Origin: Candidatus Heimdallarchaeota archaeon
GTDB taxonomy: Archaea; Asgardarchaeota; Heimdallarchaeia; Heimdallarchaeales; Heimdallarchaeaceae
DNA length: 36,842 bases
Direction of reading: 5' to 3'
Assembly (NCBI GenBank): GCA_021399345.1
Contig: JAAFKI010000005.1
Span: 1 to 36,842, forward strand
This document shows positions 17,040 to 27,039 of this stretch, piece after piece (the stretch's first letter is position 1; each line of letters opens with the position of its first letter). Both the position numbers and the translations under genes were made by a program. Under the pieces are notes generated by a model. The model searched no databases and was not told the origin of the DNA. It saw nothing but the letters and a program-made list of their open reading frames with translations.

Positions 17040-18086
17040 ATGTCTGTTGAGGAACATAGAGATATTGCTAAGCAAAAAATGAAGGGAAAATGTGGAGTGT
17101 ATAGACTTTGTGACGGAGGGGATAACAAAATATGTCAAGGTCACAGTTATGGTTCTCCAATAGGTTTTGGAGGAGTAGGCTCTGGAGCAGCTTTTAAAAA
17201 TAATGTCAGTGCTTTAGCTCGTCTTAACCTTAAAATGAGAGTTATTGGTGATGATTACACTCCTGATACAAATTATGATTTCTTTGGTCATAAAATAACT
17301 ATGCCCATTATGGGGGCATCAATTACAGGTGTTAATTCTTTTGGTGGTGATAGTGTTATCACTGAACCAGAATTCTGCAATGCAACAGTTTTAGGCGCAA
17401 AACAAGCTGGGACAATTGCCTGGCGTGGAGATACTTTTACTTATGACTGGGACTTTATGCCATGTTATGAGGCTATTTGTAAAACTGCAGAAGGTTGGGG
17501 CGTTAAGATCAGCAAACCTAGAGATCAAGAAGCCTTGAAAAAAGTCTTCAAAATGTATGAAGAAGGTGGAGCTATAGCTGTGGGAATTGATGTAGATGGA
17601 TGTGGAAGCACAATCATGGCAACTCATAACAAACCAGTTTTTCGTAAATCAATTGATAATATAAAAGAACTAGTTGAGTCAACAAAACTTCCATTCATAG
17701 TTAAAGGAATAATGTCTGCTGAAGATGCTACTGCAGCTGTAGAAGCTGGTGTTTCAGCTGTTGTTGTTTCAAACCACGGAGGAAGAGTTCTTGACCACAC
17801 TGTAGGAACAGCAGATGCTTTATTTGATGTTGTAGATGCAGTTAAAGGAAAAACAACCATTATAGCTGATGGTGGTATAAGAACAGGCTATGATGTTCTC
17901 AAAATGCTTGCGATTGGTGCTGATTCAGTACTATTTGGACGTGATATTGTTCGAGCAGCTGTTGGTGGTGGAGCTGAAGGTGTGGAAGCTTTCTTTGAAT
18001 TACAGCAAAAAACTCTTGTTAAAGCAATGAAAATGACTGGAGCTGCTACATTAGCAGACATTTCTAGAGATATTATCTATCGTTAA
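17040..18086 (+). CDS. FMN-dependent alpha-hydroxy acid dehydrogenase/oxidase
   Basis: PFIVKGI, VVSNHGGR, ADGGIRTG. Start at ATG 17040 after AGAGG rather than 16968. Confidence 0.93.
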   Translation: MSVEEHRDIAKQKMKGKCGVYRLCDGGDNKICQGHSYGSPIGFGGVGSGAAFKNNVSALARLNLKMRVIGDDYTPDTNYDFFGHKITMPIMGASITGVNSFGGDSVITEPEFCNATVLGAKQAGTIAWRGDTFTYDWDFMPCYEAICKTAEGWGVKISKPRDQEALKKVFKMYEEGGAIAVGIDVDGCGSTIMATHNKPVFRKSIDNIKELVESTKLPFIVKGIMSAEDATAAVEAGVSAVVVSNHGGRVLDHTVGTADALFDVVDAVKGKTTIIADGGIRTGYDVLKMLAIGADSVLFGRDIVRAAVGGGAEGVEAFFELQQKTLVKAMKMTGAATLADISRDIIYR

Positions 18087-18096
18087 TTTTTTTCTG

Positions 18097-19194
18097 TCAC
18101 TTTGACAGAATCTCCTTTACTTTTTCAATTGATATTGCTTCTTTCTTATTATCATCTCTTCCAATAACTGTTGTAGCTTTTAGTAATGAGTTAATAATTG
18201 CTTCTTCTGTTGTTTCAACGACAGCTCTTAATAAATCTCTGAAAATCTTTGTATTCTCATTTACATATGTCATGCTCAAAGTTCTTTCTTTATTATCATG
18301 TTCTACTTTATTTTCTGTTGAAAAAACAATTATAACATCTCCAGAACCATGAGAACCGTAACTTCCAGTTTTAGCTAACCCTAATGGAGCCCTTTTAGCT
18401 AATCTTTTTAGCTGTCTTGTATTTAATGGTGCATTTGTAGCAACTACAATGATTATTGAGCCATCATCTTCTTTTTGGTCATCTTCTTTATCCCCCTCAT
18501 CAATATATTTAGCAAAGTTGTGACCAAGAATAGTTAAATCATTTTTTCTGCCAAAATTGGTGAGTACAAGAGTTCCCAGAACAAATTCTATTTCTTCATC
18601 TTTGATCACTCTTGATGAGCTTCCTATTCCTCCCTTAAATCCAAGGGTTGACATTCCTGTTCCTGCTCCCACAGATCCTTCTTCAAAGTCTGAAGAAGCG
18701 TTTTCTATAGCTTCAAAAACATGAATTTTCTGAACATGCCTTCCCTGTATATCATTCAAATAGCCATCATGACATTCGCCTACTAAGATATTTATTGTAG
18801 AAGTTTTTATTCCAATATCAGGATTTTCATCAAGATGAAATCTAAGTAAAGATTCTGCTACTTTGGGGATATTCAGAGTATTAGTTAATCCAATATAGGA
18901 TTCAATATTTCCTAGCTCCTCAACTTGAACTAAACCAGTTGTTTTCCCATACCCATTAAAGACATATGAACTCGCTCTAACCTTATCGCGATAGATATTG
19001 CCAGAGTGAGGTTTTACTATTGTTACACCCGTCCTAATGGGTCCAAAACCTGGTTTTAATTCACCTTCTCCAGCAATTATTGTACTATGCCCAACTGTAA
19101 CATCAGGTACATCTGCTATAGAATTTTTCTCCCCTCTCTCTAAAATTCCTACTTGGAATCCCAATTCGTGAAGTTTAGACCTTTTGTTGTCCAT
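18097..19194 (-). CDS. DmpA-like aminopeptidase (P1/S58 family)
   Basis: NSIADV..V.VGH, TGVT, NGYGK, EGSVGAGTGM, KGGIGSSSR, DGSIII autocleavage site, HGSGD. Confidence 0.93.
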   Translation of the reverse strand: MDNKRSKLHELGFQVGILERGEKNSIADVPDVTVGHSTIIAGEGELKPGFGPIRTGVTIVKPHSGNIYRDKVRASSYVFNGYGKTTGLVQVEELGNIESYIGLTNTLNIPKVAESLLRFHLDENPDIGIKTSTINILVGECHDGYLNDIQGRHVQKIHVFEAIENASSDFEEGSVGAGTGMSTLGFKGGIGSSSRVIKDEEIEFVLGTLVLTNFGRKNDLTILGHNFAKYIDEGDKEDDQKEDDGSIIIVVATNAPLNTRQLKRLAKRAPLGLAKTGSYGSHGSGDVIIVFSTENKVEHDNKERTLSMTYVNENTKIFRDLLRAVVETTEEAIINSLLKATTVIGRDDNKKEAISIEKVKEILSK

Positions 19195-19247
19195 TTCTTC
19201 TACCCTAGCTTCAAATAAAAAATAGATTTACATTAAGTTTTTGTTAC

Positions 19248-20975
19248 CTATGAATAGAGAAAGGTTTCCATTACTAGCTTCTCGTGAATTTCTTCATACA
19301 TTGCAATAATTGTTTCTTTAGCTATCTCTTTAGCGAATTTACGTTTTGTTCTTTCCTCAGGTTTTCTCTTTCTCCAGATATTGGAAACGAGCTGATAGAA
19401 CAGTTTAGCAAAATAGTAGAGACTTAGTGGTAGAGCTAATATAACTTTGAAGAAGAATAGTAGTACTTTCCAAAGCATTCCAAGAGATTCTTTAGCTTCG
19501 GCTTTTGTTGCTTCGTCTAATTCCTCGTGAGGTTCATCAGCAAGCAGTAATGAGTTTAATCCTTTTTGGACTTCAATAAATTTAGAACCAAGATAGACAG
19601 CAGATCTCTTTGTCCAGTTCTGAGAGAACATCATCTTGAATTGATTTCCAATGTGTTTCCCATAATGGTAGAAAATCAGAAAGAATTCAACAAATGGCAT
19701 GAAGAAACCAATCACCATATTTCTAGACTTCTTTAGAGCTCGTTTGAAAAAATTCTCTTTGGAAAGGTGGTCAAGAAAATATCTTTGGCCACCTAAAGCT
19801 ATGGAAAATGCTAATTGATTATATTCTAAATCACTAAAGGGGAGATTGTATTTTTCTTCAACTTTCATTATTCCTTTCAATGCACCAATAAGAAGAATAG
19901 AACTGAAAAACTCTTTTGAAACAAATTGCTCATCTAACTTTTTTCTAACGAAACTGAAGGTTTGCTTAGCTTCCCGGTATTTCATGGAATTTTTATCTGC
20001 AAAACTAGCTAAACCAGGTTCTTTTCTCCAAGCTAGAAAATAAGTTTCTTTCTGCCAAAGAAGTAGAGCGAATACTCTAGAAATAGAATCCTCAATTTTA
20101 TTCATATCAAGTCTATCTTCAGTCTCTGAAGAGAGAAATTCCTCATAAAGATTCTTAGTTTTCTCATGTAAAGAAAAAGAAGAAACACTAACAATGTTAG
20201 TAAATCTATCTCGTAAAGTAGTTAAATCACCTACAAGATCAAGTTTGAATTCCTCATAAGTAGAAGCATCAACAGGAGGAGCTTCAAAAAAGGAAAAACT
20301 GGCTTTAGAAGCAAGATAAGGGAGAGAAAATAAATTCTCCAATCTCTGATAGAATGAACCCCAGCTGTATGCACCCATTTGAACTAATCTTAAACTGGAA
20401 CGATGAAAAATAGCATAGATGGGACCAAAGATTGTTGCTACAAAAGAAAGCATGCCCATAACGGTTGAACAAACTACACCAATTAGAGTAATAACTACCC
20501 AGAGAGCTTTATCACCAAGTGAACTCAACCACTCGCTTCTGCTGATAATCCCATCAATAAGGGCATCAAAACTAATGGTTTGGCTACCAATCAAAACAAC
20601 GGAAGCTGCAACTATTAAAACAATAATTAAGAGATGATCATAAGTTTCTCCAACACCTCTTTGAATAGGATAAGCTTTGTTAATCCTATCTTCTTTCATA
20701 ACAACTTCATCAATATCTTCCTCCAATTTAACTAATTCCATTTTTTCAGGATGAGAGAAGAGGTTAGAAATATAAATTAAATACCTCCTCCAGAGGTTGA
20801 GTATAGGGACTAATTCTCGGAGACCTCGAGGAATGAGAAGCTCGTAAATAAAATACATTACCTTAACAAGAACCACAACTAAATAGAGAAGAAGGCCAAG
20901 TACCCAAAGAAAAGGAGTAAGGAATGCTGTGAGAAAATTGCTAAGGAATTGTTTCATATATAATAGAGCATACAT
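19248..20975 (-). CDS. Uncharacterised multi-pass membrane protein, paralog A
   Basis: 575 aa with several hydrophobic segments; colinear homology to the ORF starting at 35422 supports it being a real gene. Confidence 0.85.
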   Translation of the reverse strand: MYALLYMKQFLSNFLTAFLTPFLWVLGLLLYLVVVLVKVMYFIYELLIPRGLRELVPILNLWRRYLIYISNLFSHPEKMELVKLEEDIDEVVMKEDRINKAYPIQRGVGETYDHLLIIVLIVAASVVLIGSQTISFDALIDGIISRSEWLSSLGDKALWVVITLIGVVCSTVMGMLSFVATIFGPIYAIFHRSSLRLVQMGAYSWGSFYQRLENLFSLPYLASKASFSFFEAPPVDASTYEEFKLDLVGDLTTLRDRFTNIVSVSSFSLHEKTKNLYEEFLSSETEDRLDMNKIEDSISRVFALLLWQKETYFLAWRKEPGLASFADKNSMKYREAKQTFSFVRKKLDEQFVSKEFFSSILLIGALKGIMKVEEKYNLPFSDLEYNQLAFSIALGGQRYFLDHLSKENFFKRALKKSRNMVIGFFMPFVEFFLIFYHYGKHIGNQFKMMFSQNWTKRSAVYLGSKFIEVQKGLNSLLLADEPHEELDEATKAEAKESLGMLWKVLLFFFKVILALPLSLYYFAKLFYQLVSNIWRKRKPEERTKRKFAKEIAKETIIAMYEEIHEKLVMETFLYS

Positions 20976-21022
20976 GAACTATATTTTTAATTTTGTGATA
21001 CTAAAAATTGAAGAAAGGAGGA

Positions 21023-22030
21023 CTAGTATTTAATTCTCGGATCAATAAAAACATAAGTGATATCCGTAAGAAGTCGTGCAACTAAGAACAAAAATGGAAA
21101 GATAGTGTTCGTAGCCATCATCATGGGGTAGTCCCTAAAAAGCGCTCCTTCAAGGAAATATGTACCTAATCCTGGCCATCCAAACACTGTCTCTATCATT
21201 ACTGATCCTGCTAGTAATCCTGGTAGTGAGTTACCTACAATTGTCACTATTGGTAGCAATCCATTTCTGAATGCGTGCTTGTATATTACTCCTCTGTTTG
21301 TTACCCCTTTCGCTTTTGCTGTTGTTATATAATCTTGTCTTAATATTTCCAGCAATTGTGATCTGATCAATCTTGCCATAAAAACTAGATGCCCCAGAGT
21401 CAATGCTAGTGTTGGTAATATCAGATATTTGTAGAAGCTTAGGTTAAGCAAAATTGGTTTCACAAACGCATCCTTATTTGTTACTCCTGTAAAATTAAAT
21501 AATTTGAAAGATAAGAACATCAATAGTTTAGCTAGCCAGAACAGCGGCATCGAGTATCCCAATAACATTGCTACCGTTAATGATCTATCCCAGAAACTGT
21601 TTCTTCTTGTTGCTGAAACTACCCCTATTGCTGTAGATAATAATAATGATAATACAAATGAAATTACGTTTAGTATTACTGTATATGATGCGTGGTCCGC
21701 TATTATATTTGCTATAGGTATCCCTATCCCTGCTTGCGTATTGTACCAAGACCTTCCAAAGTCAAACCTTAGTAAATCACTAATGTAATCCACGTATCTT
21801 GTGAACCACGGAATTGTGTATAAATCGCTACTCATCAATCCCATTTCTATTGCTTCTCGATTGTATGCATTATTGTAACAGTCTGGATTATCACAATGAA
21901 TCAAACCCAGTCTAACTATGACTGGATCTCCTGGGCTGACGTTTATTAGAGTGAAATTCATCAACGTAATTCCGAGCATAACTGGAATAATATATAACAC
22001 TCTTCTAATTACGAATCCTTTTAACGACAC
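21023..22030 (-). CDS. dppB: Peptide/nickel ABC transporter permease (DppB/OppB family)
   Basis: IRR start, PGDP, DFGRS, DYITTAKAKG, HAFRNGL, IETVFGWPGLG, RDYP, DPRI end. GTG at 22030 is the likely start. Confidence 0.93.
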   Translation of the reverse strand: MSLKGFVIRRVLYIIPVMLGITLMNFTLINVSPGDPVIVRLGLIHCDNPDCYNNAYNREAIEMGLMSSDLYTIPWFTRYVDYISDLLRFDFGRSWYNTQAGIGIPIANIIADHASYTVILNVISFVLSLLLSTAIGVVSATRRNSFWDRSLTVAMLLGYSMPLFWLAKLLMFLSFKLFNFTGVTNKDAFVKPILLNLSFYKYLILPTLALTLGHLVFMARLIRSQLLEILRQDYITTAKAKGVTNRGVIYKHAFRNGLLPIVTIVGNSLPGLLAGSVMIETVFGWPGLGTYFLEGALFRDYPMMMATNTIFPFLFLVARLLTDITYVFIDPRIKY

Positions 22031-22126
22031 TCCATCACACAACCAAATTCTTTTTCGAATTCTTGTTCTTTTTGTTTCTTTCTATTAATTATGATAAATC
22101 TTTCTAAATGTCACGATGTAATTTAC

Positions 22127-22142
22127 ATGAATAATTATTCAT
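22127..22142. promoter_or_regulatory. Perfect 16-bp palindrome, candidate operator of the DUF134 operon
   Basis: ATGAATAATTATTCAT lies just upstream of TTATATA (22153-22159), which is 23 nt before the DUF134 ATG. Confidence 0.6.
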
Positions 22143-22182
22143 ACCTATAGCCTTATATAGTTAATTAGATAAACTCCTAATC

Positions 22183-22479
22183 ATGGTTCAGAATCGCAAA
22201 ATAGAGCGACGTTGCATTAGTTATGAAGGACACGTCTTTAAGCCTCTAGCCGTACCCATGAAAGATTTAGATCAGATTACTTTAACCAAAGAGGAAATCA
22301 CTGCTCTTTATTATGCTGATTTTCTTTCGTTTAAACAGAATTCTGCTGCTGAAAAGATGGGTATCTCCCAAGCTTCTTTCAGCCGAGATTTGGCTACAGC
22401 TCATTCTAAAATTGCTGATGCTTTTTTCAATACAAAAGCTATTTTGTTTGAAGAGCCTGAAGAAAAGGAAGATGAATAA
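22183..22479 (+). CDS. DUF134 (UPF0251) HTH protein
   Basis: R..RCI, FKP..P, LTKEEI.AL..AD, Q..AAEKMGISQASF.R.L..A..KIADA. Confidence 0.9.
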   Translation: MVQNRKIERRCISYEGHVFKPLAVPMKDLDQITLTKEEITALYYADFLSFKQNSAAEKMGISQASFSRDLATAHSKIADAFFNTKAILFEEPEEKEDE

Positions 22480-22810
22480 TTTGAAAATAGCAATACCAGT
22501 ATCATCAAAAGATGACAATTCGATAATGTTTGAAAGATTTGGACGAGCTAGCTACTTCTGCATTTTTGATACAGAAGATGATTCATCTGTTGTGGTTGCT
22601 AACCCAGCAGTTGGAGCACGAGGTGGAGCAGGTCCTAGAGCTGTTGAGTTTCTAAGTAGTAAGCAAATTCAATCTGTGATAGTCCCTCAATTGGGACCCA
22701 ATGCAGACGGTGCACTTCGAGCAGCGCAAATAACAATTTTTCAGGGAGAATCACTTCCTGTAAAAGATTTGATAGCTAAATGGAAAAATGAGGAATTAAA
22801 TAAATTATAG
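22472..22810 (+). CDS. NifB/NifX-family iron-molybdenum cluster-binding protein
   Basis: KIAIP, RFGRASYF, NP..GGAG, LGPNA..AL..A.I. The true start is the ATG at 22472, not 22313. Confidence 0.9.
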   Translation: MNNLKIAIPVSSKDDNSIMFERFGRASYFCIFDTEDDSSVVVANPAVGARGGAGPRAVEFLSSKQIQSVIVPQLGPNADGALRAAQITIFQGESLPVKDLIAKWKNEELNKL

Positions 22811-22821
22811 GTGATAAAAAA

Positions 22822-23169
22822 ATGAAATATGCAGTACCTTTAGACAACAAGGATGAATGGGATTCTATTGTAGGACAACATTTTGGACATGTTCCATATT
22901 TTGCTATATGGGATGATGAAACAGATACTCTTGATATCATTGAAAACAGAAGTGATCACAAGGGTGGCGTTGGGTTACCAATGGAATTTTTAGCTGATAA
23001 ATGTGACGTTGTATTTTTGAAAGCAGCTGGAGGCAGAGCAGTTACTCTTGGAGCTCAGCTTGGATTACAAGTGTATATGGGTGCAAATGGGTCTCTCAAG
23101 GATACCATTAGTTTCTTTAAGGAAGGCAAATTGCACAAAGCTACACAAGACGATGGATGTAAACACTAA
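22822..23169 (+). CDS. NifB/NifX-family protein, second copy
   Basis: KYAVP, HFGHVPYF, NRSDH.GG, terminal CKH. Confidence 0.88.
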   Translation: MKYAVPLDNKDEWDSIVGQHFGHVPYFAIWDDETDTLDIIENRSDHKGGVGLPMEFLADKCDVVFLKAAGGRAVTLGAQLGLQVYMGANGSLKDTISFFKEGKLHKATQDDGCKH

Positions 23170-23186
23170 ACTGAAGGAAACAACCA

Positions 23187-24023
23187 ATGCAAATAACAAT
23201 AGTTTCCGGCAAAGGAGGAACAGGAAAAACCTCTCTTGCTGTTAGTTTAGCGATGACATTAGAGAACGTTCAGCTTCTTGATGCAGATGTTGATGAACCT
23301 AATTGTTCTCTATTTCTAGACTTAGATACTAAACTAGTAGCAGAAGCGAAGATTCCTATTCCTGAGATTAATTACGATTTGTGCACTTTATGCGGTACTT
23401 GTAGTTCAAATTGTGAATATAATGCACTTATGAAAGTTCCAGATCAGATTCTTGTTTTTGAAAAAATGTGCCATGGTTGCGGATTATGTAGCAAAATATG
23501 TCCTGAAAATGCTATCACTGAAGTACCCAGAACCATAGGTTATCTCTATGAAGGTGAAAATAAAGAATTTCTCTTTAATTACGGAGCATTAATAGTAGGT
23601 GAAGAATTATCGACACCTGTAATTTCTCAGTTAAAACAATTGATCTCTAAAGATAAACCTATCATCGTGATTGATTCACCCCCTGGATCTTCTTGTCCAA
23701 TGGTTGAAACGGTCATTGATTCAGATTATGTCATTTTAGTTAGCGAACCAACACCATTTGGACTTTCTGATATGAAAATGGTTGTAAAAACATTAAGAAT
23801 TCTGGAAAAGAAGTTTGGAGTAGTTATTAACAAAGATGGTGTTGGAAATGAAGAATTAGAATTATACTGTCAAAAGGAAAATATACCTGTTCTTCTCAAA
23901 ATCCCTTTCGATCGAGAAATAGCTAAGAACTATTCCGAAGGAATTCCTTTCTTAAATGTTCTACCTGATATGGATTCAAAACTTAAACACATGATTGTTG
24001 ATATTAGGGAGGCTTTACAATGA
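23187..24023 (+). CDS. MinD/CbiA-superfamily P-loop ATPase with inserted ferredoxin domain (COG1149)
   Basis: SGKGGTGKT, DADVDEPN, two CxxCxxCxxxC clusters, DSPPGSSCP, EPTPFGL. Confidence 0.93.
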   Translation: MQITIVSGKGGTGKTSLAVSLAMTLENVQLLDADVDEPNCSLFLDLDTKLVAEAKIPIPEINYDLCTLCGTCSSNCEYNALMKVPDQILVFEKMCHGCGLCSKICPENAITEVPRTIGYLYEGENKEFLFNYGALIVGEELSTPVISQLKQLISKDKPIIVIDSPPGSSCPMVETVIDSDYVILVSEPTPFGLSDMKMVVKTLRILEKKFGVVINKDGVGNEELELYCQKENIPVLLKIPFDREIAKNYSEGIPFLNVLPDMDSKLKHMIVDIREALQ

Positions 24024-24919
24024 AAGAAGAGAAAATCAGACAATTAACTGTTATTTCTGGAAAGGGAGGAACAGGGAAAAGTTCAATTATTGCTGCTTTA
24101 GCTAGCAATCTTCAAGAGAAAATCATTCTCGCAGATGCAGATGTAGACGCAGCAGACCTATATCTAATATTTGAGCCAGAAAAGACTGTTTCTTTTGATT
24201 TTGAAGGATTGAAGAAAGCTATAATTGATTTAGACCTGTGTACAGAATGTGGGATTTGTTTAGAAACTTGCAGATTTGATTCAATATCTGAAGATTTCAT
24301 AGTAAATCCAACCAAATGTGAAGGATGTGCAGCATGTTCTCATATGTGCCCAGTTTCAGCAATAGAAATGTTAGACAACATATCTGGTCAATACTATATT
24401 TCTGACACTCGAATTGGAAAAATGATTCACGCAAGACTCTATCCTGGAGAGGAAAGCTCCGGTTTATTAGTAGCTGAAGTAAGAAAAGTTGCAAAACAAA
24501 CAGCTGAGGAACAAGGACGCAAACTAGTCTTAATTGATGGTTCGCCAGGAATAGGTTGTCCAGTAGTCAGTTCGTTAGTTGGAGCTGATTTAGCACTAGT
24601 TGTTACAGAACCTACATTATCAGGTTATCATGATCTAAAAAGGATATTAGAACTGTTGAAAATATTCAAGATTCCAGGATATATCATAATTAACAGATCT
24701 GATATAAATGAGGAAATTTCCCTGAAAATTGAAAAAGAATTTCAAGAAACATTTCCAATAATAGAGAAGATACCCTATAATCCCATTTTTGTTAAAGCTA
24801 TGATTGAAAAGAAATCAGTACTCGAAGTTGATTCAGATGATAAAGAAGTTCAAAAAATTAAGAATATGTTAATTGAACTTAGCAATTTTGTTTTAGAAAA
24901 AACTCAATTGGACAATTAG
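24020..24919 (+). CDS. COG1149 P-loop ATPase with ferredoxin insert, second copy
   Basis: SGKGGTGKS, DADVDAADL, CTECGICLETC, CEGCAACSHMCP, DGSPGIGCP, EPTLSG; ATGA overlap with the previous gene. Confidence 0.93.
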   Translation: MKEEKIRQLTVISGKGGTGKSSIIAALASNLQEKIILADADVDAADLYLIFEPEKTVSFDFEGLKKAIIDLDLCTECGICLETCRFDSISEDFIVNPTKCEGCAACSHMCPVSAIEMLDNISGQYYISDTRIGKMIHARLYPGEESSGLLVAEVRKVAKQTAEEQGRKLVLIDGSPGIGCPVVSSLVGADLALVVTEPTLSGYHDLKRILELLKIFKIPGYIIINRSDINEEISLKIEKEFQETFPIIEKIPYNPIFVKAMIEKKSVLEVDSDDKEVQKIKNMLIELSNFVLEKTQLDN

Positions 24920-24950
24920 ATTTAAAGAGTACTTTCTTCTTACTTTTTTT

Positions 24951-25787
24951 ATGGAGCATAAACAAGATTATTTTGTAGGTGGGAAGAATCACAAAATATT
25001 CTATCAATCCTGGATTCCTAGCAATCCAAAAGCAATTATTCAAATAATTCATGGTTTTGCTGAGCATTCCGAACGATACAAATATCTAATTGATAAATTA
25101 ACCGCAGCTAATTTTATTGTTTACATTAACGATCATAGAGGTCATGGAAGAAGCGAAGGTAGAAGAAACCATATTAGAAGCTTAACAGAATTTGCAGAAG
25201 ATTGCTATAAACTTACAAAGATTTTTAGAAAAGCACACCCTAACCTAGATTTGTTTCTTCTAGGCCATTCTATGGGGTCTTCAGTAGCTCAAAGATATGC
25301 TATTCAACATCAGGCTGAAATTAAAGGTTTAATTTTGTCTGGGACAGGTTCAAAGGTTCAAGAAACACCGATAATCATGGTTAAGTTAGCATCGATCATG
25401 TCCAAAATTTTCCCAACCTTTTCAGGTCCTACAGGAATAGACCCTAACAACCTTTCATCAGATTCTGAATCTGTTGAAAATTATAGGAATGACCCATTAA
25501 TAAATTACAAAAAATCAACAGCTGCTATGGGAATGAGTATGTTTAAACACTATTCAGAGGTAAAGGATAAAATTCCTAGTATAAAGATTCCTGTACTTTT
25601 TCAGAGTGGAGAAGAGGATATAATGATGTTAGATGTTGAAGAAATTTTTGAAGATTTAACAATTAAAGATAAAACTATGAGAATCTATCCTAACTGTAAA
25701 CATGAAATGTATACAGAATCTCCACAAAGCAAGGATTTGGCTGTAAAAGATTTAATTTCTTGGATTCTTACACATCTTCAGGACTAG
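24951..25787 (+). CDS. Alpha/beta hydrolase, lysophospholipase/monoglyceride lipase-like
   Basis: IHGFAEH, DHRGHGRS, GHSMG nucleophile elbow, C-terminal HE. Confidence 0.93.
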   Translation: MEHKQDYFVGGKNHKIFYQSWIPSNPKAIIQIIHGFAEHSERYKYLIDKLTAANFIVYINDHRGHGRSEGRRNHIRSLTEFAEDCYKLTKIFRKAHPNLDLFLLGHSMGSSVAQRYAIQHQAEIKGLILSGTGSKVQETPIIMVKLASIMSKIFPTFSGPTGIDPNNLSSDSESVENYRNDPLINYKKSTAAMGMSMFKHYSEVKDKIPSIKIPVLFQSGEEDIMMLDVEEIFEDLTIKDKTMRIYPNCKHEMYTESPQSKDLAVKDLISWILTHLQD

Positions 25788-26940
25788 AATATTCTTTGAT
25801 TAGTAAAGCATCACCTAAATGAATCTTTGCTTCATCTTTGGGAAAGAAGAAATATTGCCCTTTCTTTCTTAAAGCTAATATCTGAAAGAAATCATCCGTT
25901 AATTCTGCTTCTCGTACAGTCATTCCAATATAGGGCGAATCTCTCGCTACGTGAATGTAATCTAAAGCTTCAGACGAATCATCTACTACATCTTCTAGAA
26001 GAGAATAAGGTTTATGTCTTATTGTAACTCCAAAAGCTATTTTTGTTGCTGCATCAGCTATTTCCTCAAAAGAATCCGCCATCCTTAGATAAGCCATGAG
26101 TGTTTTCTCATTCATTAAATCTTGTTTAAACAAGCGTAAAACTTCTTCAATGAGCTCGAATTGTAGTTTGTCTACTTTATCTTCAGTTGTTATGATTAAA
26201 TTCTTCACTTCAGGTAAATCTTCTAATGCATAAAGATAAGCTAAATCCACAATTAACTCAGCTGATTCTTTCATTGTGACTAATAAGTCTTGATGATACT
26301 GCAATTCATCTTTTGGATGGTCTAAATCTTCAGAAATAATCTTTTCTCTCGCTTCTTCGACTGATTTGATTCTTCCATTTACTAATTCTATGAATTGATT
26401 AACGTTTTCTAAAGGACCTCTGAAAATAAGCAGATCCCCAGCCATCATCACTTCATCATAGTGAAGCAAGAGTTCATTTTCAGAGCGTATAATACCTATT
26501 ACATCAATTCCGATGAGATCATGTAAATCAGCTGCAACCTCTGATTTTCCACATAAACAGGACTTTTCATCTAAACGGATTAAGTCAACGATTTGATCCA
26601 TGTGTTGTTGAATATGTTTAAGCTCATTTGCAATATCATAATCCAATAGAACTAATGAAGCCATATCAGCTGCTGAATCAGATATTAGGTTGTTGGCCTC
26701 ACCGATTATATAATAAATCCTCAGCTGCTCTGCTTGATTGAGGCTTTTTATTGATACTGATAGTCTATCTAATAGATTTTTGTACAAACCATCTATTTTT
26801 TCTTCTAAAATTAAAACTTGTTCAGCTACCAATTTATCAGAATAAAGTAAAGATGCAAATGATAAATCTACACAAATTTCTGAAAGCGTCTTTATCTCAA
26901 TTAATATTTCTTTAACACTAATAGGTTCATTATCGCTCAT
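25768..26940 (-). CDS. PhoU/TrkA_C-domain protein with internal duplication
   Basis: Two PhoU-like repeats (EIKTLSEICVDLSF and TMKESAELIVDLAY; ISDSAADMA and IADAATKIA), each followed by a TrkA_C domain (DVIGIIR..GDLLIFRG; QILALRK..GDALLI). Confidence 0.85.
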   Translation of the reverse strand: MSDNEPISVKEILIEIKTLSEICVDLSFASLLYSDKLVAEQVLILEEKIDGLYKNLLDRLSVSIKSLNQAEQLRIYYIIGEANNLISDSAADMASLVLLDYDIANELKHIQQHMDQIVDLIRLDEKSCLCGKSEVAADLHDLIGIDVIGIIRSENELLLHYDEVMMAGDLLIFRGPLENVNQFIELVNGRIKSVEEAREKIISEDLDHPKDELQYHQDLLVTMKESAELIVDLAYLYALEDLPEVKNLIITTEDKVDKLQFELIEEVLRLFKQDLMNEKTLMAYLRMADSFEEIADAATKIAFGVTIRHKPYSLLEDVVDDSSEALDYIHVARDSPYIGMTVREAELTDDFFQILALRKKGQYFFFPKDEAKIHLGDALLIKEYSSPEDV

Positions 26941-27039
26941 TGCTGATCGAACACTCTTTCATAGGATTATAATTTAATAATAATATCAACTTTTCGCTTC
27001 TGTTTAGTCTGGAAGGAATGTAAAAAACCTTATTAAACT

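Noticed and set aside
22313-22471. N-terminal extension of the first NifX ORF
   Set aside because: Overlaps DUF134 in another frame; NifX similarity starts at ATG 22472.
22472-23169. Nitrogen fixation genes
   Set aside because: NifB/NifX-like domains occur widely outside diazotrophs, and no nifHDK is present.
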